From Tortispora ganteri (Eukaryota): a stretch of DNA of 64,000 bases. Below are positions 32,529 through 42,042 of the stretch, one piece after another. The stretch spans positions 248,001 to 312,000 of the forward strand of contig PPNB01000003.1 in assembly GCA_003707115.1 (NCBI GenBank). The letters run 5' to 3'. A program made the position numbers and the translations under genes. The notes under the pieces are model-generated. The model saw only the letters and a program-made list of their open reading frames with translations, was not told the origin of the DNA and ran no database searches. The first letter of the stretch is position 1; the number at the start of each line of letters is the position of its first letter.

Positions 32529-32988
32529 CTCAGATATAAATTGGAGAAAAGTACTTCTGTTAGTTGATTCTGCCCGTTACTAACCGTATATCTGTAATAT
32601 AAGATGGTATGCCGGCCTTTTTGTTATTCGCTGTGATGAGGGGAAGTGCCAGTAGAATATCTGTATCCGTCGGCCACTACTCTACATCCACACTTTTAAA
32701 CGTCTCGTAGTGGTTTACCTTTAACAAATAAAGCAACACTACCTCTTAACACGGCAAACTTCACTTCAGTTTGCGGGTAGTTATTCAAGTAAGAAGTAAG
32801 ATAGTATAGGTGGTTAACATATAAATACAAGGGCATAAGAGAAAAAACAGGGTTCAGGGCTGGTAATGCCACCCAAAAAAAAAGTTGGTGGTTGTTAGGG
32901 AGAAATAGCAGCTTTAATTTGAGATCATATGGCGAACGGCGTCAAGGACAGAAAGAAGAAGGTCGTGCCCGTTATGCCGTTAGCACAG

Positions 32989-34146
32989 CTATGAGCTTTT
33001 AGAGCTGGAGGCTGTAGATGAGCTGCCTTCTGAGAGTAGCTCTTCAGATAAGAATTTGTCAGAGTGAGTAATCATGAAAACTAATGCATCTTGTGAAAGT
33101 AGGTATTCATCAATTTTTGTAGCGTGCTGAGGATGGTTTAGAAGACAAGGCTGAAAGATGGCCGCAAGATTCTGAGCAGGCATTCTATTCTTTATCGAGC
33201 ACTTGTCAAAAACGGAAAGAAGATCTAATATATAGAGAAGCAATTCTCTATTGGCGCTTGGCAACTTTGCTATCAGGTGGAGCAAGTGCGCAGTGATCTC
33301 TCTAGCCGACAAGGATTCCTTTTGTTCCGGGGTAAAGTTGGATCTGAACTTGTCGTAGAACTCAAGAGGTATGATTGGCTCTGGCAGATTGTTCAAAAAG
33401 CGACGCAATACATTGGCAGCGTCATGGACCAGATACCCATCCCAGCTAAGATCACGACCATAATTTGGTGGAGCGCTAAACGCCTCTTGCAGCTCACGGA
33501 TGCGTTTAGCCGATCCAGAAAGACGAAAGATTCCTTCGACTTCAGTGGCATTTTCTTTCAAGAAGAGGCCACATTTAGCGACCACCACAGGTATCTTGCC
33601 GTAAGCGTCGTCGGGATGTTTCTTGTAAGTTGTAGATATGGTAATGGATGCGAGAGCTAAGGATTCTGTTAAGGGCCTGCCGAATATCTCAGATTGAAAT
33701 ACTGAAGATCCTGGTGCGATGCTGTCGTCATCATTACCGCTGCTTGTATTTATCGTCTGCGAGACAGATTTTCTGGGAGAAGAAGAGAGGAAGTTGAAGG
33801 GAGCGCGTTTCAGTGGAGAAGGGGACCGACGAGATGAGGAGATAGAGCGGCTTTGTGATAGTGACTGAGTCTGGGATTGAATCTGAAATTGGAATTGAGA
33901 CTGAGGTTGAGAAAGTAATTTTTGTCTCTGGAGAGATTTAGGGGTGGACGCCGATTCTGAGGAGAGAGTATTGTTTTGCGTGTCAGATAAGGATTCTGTT
34001 GAATATTCGGAAATGTTATTAGTGAGGTTAATGTTGCTGTCTTGAGACTTTGGTCGCCAAGATTTAAACCAAGTTCTCAGTCTGGATGTCTCACTGCTGG
34101 TTTCAGTTAAGCGAGGTTCCTCGTTAATGACGACTTCTCTGCTCAT
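32989..34146 (-). CDS. SAC7: Rho GTPase-activating protein, Sac7/Bag7-like
   Basis: IFGRPL, YGKIPVVVAKCG.FLK, arginine finger EGIFRLSGSAKRI, VHDAANVLRRFLNNLPEP, NLAAIFQP. Confidence 0.88.
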   Translation of the reverse strand: MSREVVINEEPRLTETSSETSRLRTWFKSWRPKSQDSNINLTNNISEYSTESLSDTQNNTLSSESASTPKSLQRQKLLSQPQSQFQFQIQSQTQSLSQSRSISSSRRSPSPLKRAPFNFLSSSPRKSVSQTINTSSGNDDDSIAPGSSVFQSEIFGRPLTESLALASITISTTYKKHPDDAYGKIPVVVAKCGLFLKENATEVEGIFRLSGSAKRIRELQEAFSAPPNYGRDLSWDGYLVHDAANVLRRFLNNLPEPIIPLEFYDKFRSNFTPEQKESLSAREITAHLLHLIAKLPSANRELLLYILDLLSVFDKCSIKNRMPAQNLAAIFQPCLLNHPQHATKIDEYLLSQDALVFMITHSDKFLSEELLSEGSSSTASSSKSS

Positions 34147-35245
34147 TGTGAGGGGTGGGAAGTTTCTTATTCGTAGTGATTTTATATATTCGAATTATGA
34201 AACAATCACAAATATTTTCAGGTGCAAGCTGAGCAGAAGCGGTGAAGCGTTAAATAACAGATTGGAGTGACCCTTGCACAGAGCAGGGGCGCTGAGAGGG
34301 TAGTGATGGAATAAGGTGCAAAAGGGCTCAAGATTGTGCCCTTCTAGACAGAGTTCGACTGCGCTATTTGTTCTTTTCTAGAAAAAAAAAAGTGTAACCA
34401 ATAAAAGGAGTTTTTATATTCGATGAAGAGAGTGGGTGTTCGATCAATGTTCGATCAAAGAACAGACTCTTGGTAGGCTTTTGCGTTCACAAGCGTAAAA
34501 GGCTGAATAAGACGAGAGAATATCAAAGATCTGCCTTTAATTTGAGAACTATGTGTGTTTTTTAAACTCAGATATCAGTTCTTTTTAGTGTCTAAAAAAC
34601 CAAGATACGCAAGGGACTCGACACAACTATTTATCTATTAAAAAAGAGCTCAAAAGCTGATGAGGGAGGATGGTAGATGGGGTTGCCAATAGAAAAGACA
34701 AGCTAGGTTCAGGATGAGTAGTTTTGGGAGTTCCAAGAGCGGGGGGACACAGGGGGAAAAAGACAGGTAATCTAATCAATACTAGCTCTTGTGAGATCAC
34801 TTAGAAAATACACGTGCAAACATATGAGCTAATCGCCTTTTGGTCGTTTTATAGCGTAAACTCACTATAATTTTGATGCAGCAAAACCCGGATTACGGAC
34901 TCAGAACGGCTGTGCAATCATCATCAAAGTATCGCTATAGACCCAGGGTCTAGACTCTAGTTCATAACCTATCAGTATGTATGTTGTCCCTCTTCACGCT
35001 TGTGCAGACACGTTTGCCGACATAAAAGAAAATTGGCATGGCCTTAATTGTCAAATAGAAATTTCAGAATACTTTTTGGGAAACCTTTTTGTGTCTGTAT
35101 AGCAATCCAATAACCCACTCTGGCTGGCGAATCTCTCTAGCCCAGTGAACTGTCCCAAATCCGGTAAGTTTACCCTAACCACATAGATTTTCGAGACAGT
35201 TCTATATGTCTAAACCAATCTATCTTACTTTTAGACGAAACAAAA

Positions 35246-36232
35246 ATGACTGAATGTTCACGACCAGGTTGTCACAAAGACATTACGTCTACAGATATTT
35301 GCTTGTACCATCCTGGTGCGCCTGTGTTTCATGACGCTCAGAAGGGCTGGTCCTGTTGCAAAAAGCGGGTACTGTCTTTTGAAGAGTTCATGGAAATCCC
35401 TGGTTGCCAGTCGTCCGACACCCATAGCACCGAGAAGAAGGCTCCACCTGCACCTGTGAACACTTCTGGCGGAAACTCCGTTGATAATGCGCCTGTCTCT
35501 GTGCAGTCCAAACAGAAACCGGAACAGGAACCGAAACGTACGACAGACTCCCCAATACCGCTGCCCGCAGACCCAAAGAAACCTATGAAGCCTGTGATCC
35601 TAAACGATCCTGACGATGCAGTCATTCCTGACAAGGCAATGTGCAAGCGTAGAGGATGTGGCAAAGTGTATAAAGGATCTCGCGACGGTTGTGTATTCCA
35701 TCCGGGTATGCCTGTGTTTCACGACGCCGCAAAAGGCTGGTCATGCTGCAAGAAAAGAGTGCTGGAATTCGACGCCTTCCTCAAGATTCCAGGTTGCACC
35801 GAAGGCAAGCATCTCTTTGTTACAGATCCCGATACTAAACCTGCTGATTCTTCAGAGACGAACAATGTGGAATGCCGAGTCGATTTCTACCAGACGCCTT
35901 CAAAGGTCCATATCACCGTGTTCGCTAAAAACGCCGACAAAGAGAAAAGTTCAATCACTTTCACTGATACAACTGCTTCTTTCAACATCAAATTTGTTGA
36001 CTCGGATGCTCAGTTTTCAAATTCAATAGTCCTTTTCGGACCCATCACCCCAGATTCATGTACATATAATTTTACTCCGAACAAAGTGGATATCACTCTA
36101 ACTAAAGCTAATGGTATTTCTTGGAGCGGTCTGAGGAAGGGCGAAACAGGCGCAGGTATGATCAGATTTGGCGTTGGAGGTCGCACTGGCACTGTCGGGG
36201 CCAAAAGCTACGTGTACAATGAACAAAGCTGA
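35246..36232 (+). CDS. CHORD-domain Hsp90 co-chaperone (two CHORD domains plus CS)
   Basis: Two C..HPG.PVFHD..KGWSCCKKRVL.F..F..IPGC repeats and a CS domain (CRVDFYQT...KVDITLTKA...W). Confidence 0.93.
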   Translation: MTECSRPGCHKDITSTDICLYHPGAPVFHDAQKGWSCCKKRVLSFEEFMEIPGCQSSDTHSTEKKAPPAPVNTSGGNSVDNAPVSVQSKQKPEQEPKRTTDSPIPLPADPKKPMKPVILNDPDDAVIPDKAMCKRRGCGKVYKGSRDGCVFHPGMPVFHDAAKGWSCCKKRVLEFDAFLKIPGCTEGKHLFVTDPDTKPADSSETNNVECRVDFYQTPSKVHITVFAKNADKEKSSITFTDTTASFNIKFVDSDAQFSNSIVLFGPITPDSCTYNFTPNKVDITLTKANGISWSGLRKGETGAGMIRFGVGGRTGTVGAKSYVYNEQS

Positions 36233-36314
36233 ACATTAAACAGCAAAGAAAGATAGATTAACATTCAATTAAATAACAATTAAGGAGTTCAATACCGACA
36301 CTTTATATTGTACG

Positions 36315-37983
36315 CTAGTCTTCTGTAAGCGCTTCGTCTCGTAAAGTCGTAAATACATTTCTTTCCAGGGCCACTTCAACTAAACACCTTGTTCGAATTA
36401 GCGGCAGCGCATGCCATATGCTTCTCTCACCCTTTAGCATCCAATACTCGAGCAATTCCTTGGATGGTGTATCAAACAGATGTGTAGCGTCTCCTGCATG
36501 GATATCAGGGACAGTAGTTATTTCCACGCCAGGGAAGGGTTCATCCACAAGGATTCGTTTCAGTGTTTGCGGTAACAAGCCAAAGAAATCTATCTGTCTC
36601 AACCGGTGGTTCAGTTCCAGTACTGCCAGGCGAGTCAGTTTGCCGTACCATGTGTTAACATGCGCATATTTGCGTAGATCTGTAAGTAGAAATGGCGCCA
36701 CGTACGGATGTGTCTGTGAAATAATGAAATGATTCACATTAAAAAGAGCAGTCATGGCCATGTAGGGCTGGACCTTTGCAGTCGAAGACACCGACACCCA
36801 AGGCAGCGTGGTAACAGGTTCATCTTCGTCGGGGATAGCGTCCCAGCGTTCGTGTGCTTTCGAGATTGAACCATCAACTTTCTTGAATCGAATGTCAAGG
36901 TGAGACCCTTCCGAGATGCTAGCGGCCGCAGCGGACCATATTACGACATTTGGCGTTCTCACATAATTGAAAAGCGAGGGAACGTTCGGGTTGTCTGTGT
37001 ACACGACAATATTAAGTGTTCTTTCAGTGAGAATAAAAGCCTCTTCGAATGTCATATCGCCGAGGCATCTTTTGACCAGTCGCATTAAGGAAGACTTTGA
37101 GTTAGTAGAACTGGCTGAAGCCAGGTCTCGCAGGATGCGTTTGACGCGGTCTGCGGAGAACCTTTCAGACAAAGGGATCTCTTTTTCGCCTAAAAAGTAT
37201 TCGTAGTACATAGGGAGAGTACTGAAGAATACCGAAAGATCCGGGGTTGCAGCAACCAGTGCAGCAACTAGGGCGCCAAACCCAGATCCAGCAATTATTC
37301 TAGGAAGTAGGTCTTGCTGATACAGGCCGCGTAAGACACCTAGATGGCAAGTTCCAAAGACCGATCCGCCTTGGAGAACTAATACTGTCCTTCCTAAAGA
37401 TCTGCGTATCGCCGAAAGAAGATCGTGTCGAGCTTGGGCATCAAACTTGTCAGTTGTGGGGAGACTATACAGTGCATGTATGCAGCGAACGACTTCGTCA
37501 ATATAGTCTTCGATGAGTATTTTTGTGCCAGCATAGGATCTTGTAAACATTGCTTTGCCTGAAATAGAGCCGATATTTCTGACAACAGTGGCTCTAAGGA
37601 TATTAGCTATTTTCAGCTGATCGCCAGCGATTCGTGCGTCGTAGAGCAGGGTCAATCTCTCGGATATGAGTTTGTAGTCATAACCGGAGTCTATTGGATT
37701 CTGACGCCAAAGGTCATTGCCCATCATTGTGTCCAGAGCCATAGCTATTTCTTCGTGCTCTTGGTACGATGTGGCGCGATCCAGCTGTTTACGCAGAATA
37801 GCATGCGGCTTGGGTGTCCACAGTTGAGACCAGAGACGCGAGTACCAGTAGGAGACAACTTCAAGGAGCATTAGAGAGAATGCTATAATTAGTATAGACA
37901 CATTATTCTAACGAGTTAGTAGTGTTTAGTTGTTTATTTATACAACTTGTACGTACAAGTGCCTGTCTGATAGACTGCTTCAT
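36315..37983 (-). CDS. TGL3: Patatin-domain triacylglycerol lipase-like protein (Tgl3/4/5 family). Exon 1 is 37983-37957; exon 2 is 37907-36315
   Basis: YDYKLI..RL, GTKILIEDY, GRTVLVLQGG, HLGV, TFEEAF..T.R.LNI, TPNVVIWSA, LFNVNHFIISQ, GERSIW. Splicing supplies an ATG, giving MKQSIRQAL|NNVSILII. Confidence 0.85.
37908..37956 (-). other. 49-nt spliceosomal intron in the TGL3-like gene
   Basis: Minus strand GTACGT ... TACTAAC tcgt TAG. Phase 0 at both ends, joining a 9-codon ATG exon to the main ORF. Confidence 0.85.
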
Positions 37984-38171
37984 GGCAGAATTCGAAGCTT
38001 GTGACAAGTCTCTGGGCAAGTCCCAAAAAGAGGGGATGGGATGCAAACCATGTTCACATGGGTAGGGCGAAGGGTGTTTCAATGCACACGCCAATCAAGG
38101 TTCAATTGTTTATAGTGGCGATTCTGGCAGCTGGCAATGTTAGCTATCTAGACTTGGCTAAGCTGATCGAG

Positions 38172-38393
38172 TTATTTCCTGGAAGCCAGTTCGTTGGATA
38201 GCAACCGGCGCTCGTCCCGTTGCTTGTTGAGGGTTATTTTGTTCTCTTCGATGGTGTTCAGGTACAGTTCTTCGTTGTCTGGGTCGACCGCTATTTCGTC
38301 GCGCAGCTCGTCATTAGATCGCACTAAATTTGCAATGGAGTTATCCAACCGCTGTATCTCCAGCTTTAGTACTTCATCCGACTGCTTGTCCAT
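38172..38393 (-). CDS. TMA17: Small coiled-coil protein, Tma17/Adc17-like
   Basis: LDNSIANLVRSNDEL and LYLNTIEENKITL..Q.ER resemble the Tma17 motifs as I recall them (ENSI.HL.RSN; LY.DS..EN..VL). ATG at 38393 gives 73 aa. Confidence 0.6.
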   Translation of the reverse strand: MDKQSDEVLKLEIQRLDNSIANLVRSNDELRDEIAVDPDNEELYLNTIEENKITLNKQRDERRLLSNELASRK

Positions 38394-38553
38394 ATGCCGT
38401 AGGTGTCGGAAGTTAGACAGAGGGAACACATTACAACCAAGAGAGTATGTACGGCTATTAAGGTTTGTAAATTTTACCTGAAAAACCTCACAAGAAAAAA
38501 AAAGGCAGACTGGAAAAGTTCACCTGGAGATCCAGAAAGAGACAACGGCTAAA

Positions 38554-39642
38554 ATGGCAACCGTTTTCACATGCACATCATGCATTCAATCATTTGAATC
38601 GTCTGAACTGCAGCGAGTTCATATGCGCAGCGAATGGCACAGATACAACTTGAAGAGGAAAGTTGCGGGCCTTCTGCCGGTTACCCTGGAGGCGTTTGAT
38701 TCAAAGGTATCGAGTCTACAGAGTACAGACAAAAAGGATACTTCTGCAGGTAGTACTGATTCACTTTATTGTAAGGTCTGTAATAAAAAGTTTACTTCTG
38801 AACCGCAATATGAGAACCATGTTAGAAGCAACAAGCACTTAAAGGCTATGAAATCAAAGCCTTTACTATCCAGCGAACCGAAGATCGTGCCACAGGAGGC
38901 CGAGCCAGAGACAAGAATAGAGATAGAAGATGACATTATTGACCAGAAGATTAAACAAGGTACTAAAATCATGCCGAACCAGTGTCTTTTCTGTTCAGCA
39001 AACAACGAAAATATTCTGCAGAACATAGATCACATGAGGAAATCTCACGGACTATACATACCCGATCCTGACCATCTCGTGAACCTAGAGGGGTTATTGA
39101 TTTATCTAGGGGAAAAGATAGGTATTGGAAATGTGTGTTTGGTCTGTTCGTTTCAGGGACGGAACCTGGAAAGTATTCGTGCGCATATGACCGATAAGCA
39201 TCACTGCCGTATACCCTTTGAAACGGAGGACGATATAGCTGAAATAGCAGAATATTATGCTGATTATGACGATGACGAATGGGAAGATGACGATAATGAT
39301 GATGACGATATTGAAATGACGATAAGCACTATAGATTCATCAGCACCGATCCTTGACGAATCAGGATTAGAACTGTATTTGCCTTCAGGCTCAACAATAT
39401 ACCACAGATCGCTTGCTAAATACTTCCGTCAGCACATTAAATCTAATCAAATGTCTGACGGTCAAAGTACTATTGTCGCTGCTGATACACGAAGACTGCT
39501 AGCAAGACCCAGGGACAAGGTTTCCGAAAAGGCGAGAAACATCTCACAAGAGCAGCATTTGAAATATACACGGCACGAGAACAGAGTTCATGCAAAAAGA
39601 TCCAACTATCAAGCTCATTTCCGTGATCAATTATTACAATGA
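38554..39642 (+). CDS. REI1: Pre-60S maturation C2H2 zinc-finger factor Rei1/Reh1
   Basis: FTCTSC...HMRSEWHRYNLKRKVAGL, CLFC...HM...HG, CLVC...HM.DK.HC, C-terminal NYQAHFRDQLLQ. Confidence 0.93.
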   Translation: MATVFTCTSCIQSFESSELQRVHMRSEWHRYNLKRKVAGLLPVTLEAFDSKVSSLQSTDKKDTSAGSTDSLYCKVCNKKFTSEPQYENHVRSNKHLKAMKSKPLLSSEPKIVPQEAEPETRIEIEDDIIDQKIKQGTKIMPNQCLFCSANNENILQNIDHMRKSHGLYIPDPDHLVNLEGLLIYLGEKIGIGNVCLVCSFQGRNLESIRAHMTDKHHCRIPFETEDDIAEIAEYYADYDDDEWEDDDNDDDDIEMTISTIDSSAPILDESGLELYLPSGSTIYHRSLAKYFRQHIKSNQMSDGQSTIVAADTRRLLARPRDKVSEKARNISQEQHLKYTRHENRVHAKRSNYQAHFRDQLLQ

Positions 39643-40274
39643 AATAATTATTTTTGTTACTACTCAGAATACAGAACTATACGCGGCACTTGTATGATCG
39701 CAGTTGATTTGCCTACAAAAACGCAATCGTAGGTTTGGCTTGTGGGCATTGCTGGAGATTATACAAATTTGTCTTGTTTTTTTAGGTCTCATCATAAGAC
39801 GTTACGATGCCTGAAGCGCTCGAATTAGAAACGACCGTAAACCTTAGTAGTTGCAATAGGATGTTCGCGCAGATATGTCTGTAATTTCCATTACTGTATG
39901 CATTCAGATGGAAATAACATGAATAAGACTATACCTATTATGATAGGCATCACCTAATTCATATAGTTCTATAGCATTATATAAATACTTTCTTTTATCG
40001 CTGAAAACAAAAAAAAAAAACGTCACAGAGAGTCGTTTCGAAGTTCTCGAAGAAGATAATCAACGTTGACGTTGTTGTTGTATCAACAAAAAACAACAGT
40101 TACTTAATAAAATAAGTTATTTTCGTACTATTAAGGCATATTCAAACTCTCTATTAGATTATTATATTAGCATATCTAACATTTCTATATACTGTCTGAT
40201 CTTGATTTCAAGTCTTTACGGGTCAACAAATCGTGAACTACCCTAAATCCTACTTTGACTTTGATTCAACCTCG

Positions 40275-40523
40275 ATGCCATCTATTGAAATTCGTATACC
40301 ATATGACAGCGCATTACATGCAGACATTGTAAAGAAATCGCTCGAAGTAGATAAGACTTTTGATATAAATAAGGCGCAGATTAAAGTATCAATTGACGAA
40401 CTCGAACCGTATGTACTGCTAATACTGATCCTGGCAGATTGCGATCGCAACCTGCGAACCGCCACTAACGCTATGCTAAACTCAGTCAAAATATGTTCTG
40501 AAACATTAGAAACCTTCTCGTGA
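40275..40523 (+). CDS. PCC1: EKC/KEOPS subunit Pcc1
   Basis: IRIPY....A.IV..SLEVD and A.CDRNLRTATN.ML..VK...ETL..F. ATG at 40275. Confidence 0.8.
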   Translation: MPSIEIRIPYDSALHADIVKKSLEVDKTFDINKAQIKVSIDELEPYVLLILILADCDRNLRTATNAMLNSVKICSETLETFS

Positions 40524-40582
40524 TATTAATGCACTTATATCTATCTGTATTCATACCGGCTGCATCAGCTTGTTCCTCAGGA

Positions 40583-41584
40583 CTAGGAGTAGTTGCGGCA
40601 CCTGACTCTTACTACTTTGTGCACAATGTCGCCGTGTTTGTTTTGCTCCACTACCAGCGCTGACAGGTGCTTGCCCTTGATACATGCAGAGTCCATGCCA
40701 AATGAGTAATCCCTCAGGTCAAGCTTTTCGGCGGCGTAATGCCCATACACAACGGCCGTCCGGTTTTCTTCCGGTAACGTGCGCTGGTAATCATTCCACA
40801 CAGTTGCCCAATGCACGCCTCCCTCTACTGGTTCGTCCACCCACGACGTGTTGTCTGGTGGCAGCAGCATTCGCATGTTCAGCACCGCTTCGGGATCCTG
40901 GTCTATTAAATTGTCTACATTCCACATCAGGCCCGCGTGTGCTAAAACACTGCGTCCCGCCTTTCCCAGCGGTATAGTATCAAGATCGAGCATCAGCGGA
41001 CAGTTAGCAATATACAGGATCTGATCAACAGTCGCGTGTTTAGCTAAACATATCTCATCGTTGCATATTGAGTCTGTACTGCTTGTTTGCATATTAAGCG
41101 TCTTCTTCCCCAGTCCATGTCGATTGTACATTTGTGCGTACCTGCGCAACATTTCCTGCTCGTGGTTGCCACGAATGCACGACAAATTCCTGTTAATTGC
41201 AAAATTAACAACTTCTAATGAATCAGGGCCCTTGGAAACAAAATCTCCTAGTAAAACAACTCTATCTGATCCATAATCCACATTGATCTTATTCAGCAGC
41301 TTTTTCAGCTCATATTTAGCACCGTGTACATCACCAATCAAGATCAACCTCTCGCCATTGGCGAAATCGACTTTAGGCTCCAAGCCGGCAACCTGCACCA
41401 TCTCCGGTAGCAGCACGTGCGATCCATCGGCCAGCGCAGTTATCAATACAACGCCAATCATCAGTGCTATCACAATACCCCCAATAATATACCGCATCTT
41501 GCCGCGAGGCTCCTCGTCCTCATACTGCGCACGATCGTACGTCTGCTGCACAATAGGAACGCTTCCGTACTGATTTCCATTCAT
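40583..41584 (-). CDS. PPN2: Membrane-anchored calcineurin-like metallophosphoesterase (Ppn2/YNL217W-like)
   Basis: N-terminal TM helix, IGDVHG, LGDFVSKGPDS, RGNHE, AHAG, YGH, GMDSAC. Confidence 0.75.
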   Translation of the reverse strand: MNGNQYGSVPIVQQTYDRAQYEDEEPRGKMRYIIGGIVIALMIGVVLITALADGSHVLLPEMVQVAGLEPKVDFANGERLILIGDVHGAKYELKKLLNKINVDYGSDRVVLLGDFVSKGPDSLEVVNFAINRNLSCIRGNHEQEMLRRYAQMYNRHGLGKKTLNMQTSSTDSICNDEICLAKHATVDQILYIANCPLMLDLDTIPLGKAGRSVLAHAGLMWNVDNLIDQDPEAVLNMRMLLPPDNTSWVDEPVEGGVHWATVWNDYQRTLPEENRTAVVYGHYAAEKLDLRDYSFGMDSACIKGKHLSALVVEQNKHGDIVHKVVRVRCRNYS

Positions 41585-42042
41585 ATTCTGCTTTATACTT
41601 CTATATTGTTCTAATTGCAGAAAATTCTGCCTTCCAGTTATTGTCTCGTTGGTGGTCTATCACCTTCTGTAAGCGGGGCGTTGGTATGGTACAGAAGAAG
41701 TGCTTCTATACCTTGGTAGGAAAATAACAGAGGCTTGTTTTGTCCAAACTCTACTGCAATTCAAATTTAGTATTTGAAAAATTCGTGACCACGGTAAAAG
41801 TCGCTGCTTGTAATTACAAAAACCTGTCTACTAGTTTTTAGTAATATCTATATATAATGATATGACAGATCAAGTTACAGGTGCAAATTCTGAGATGAGC
41901 AGCGCTACTTAGTAGTGTAAATGAGGAGTGTAGCGTTTCGGATGCGCATCACATGATTGGGAAATCGTTCCTAATTGGCTAGAACTTGTCCCAGCCTCCC
42001 ACTACTGCGCTGAAATTGATGCAACCATATAGGTGAAGACAA

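Noticed and set aside
35164..35186. GTAAGT..CCTAAC..TAG upstream of the CHORD gene
   Set aside because: 23 nt is too short for an intron. Use of an upstream GTATGT donor near 34975 is possible but unsupported.
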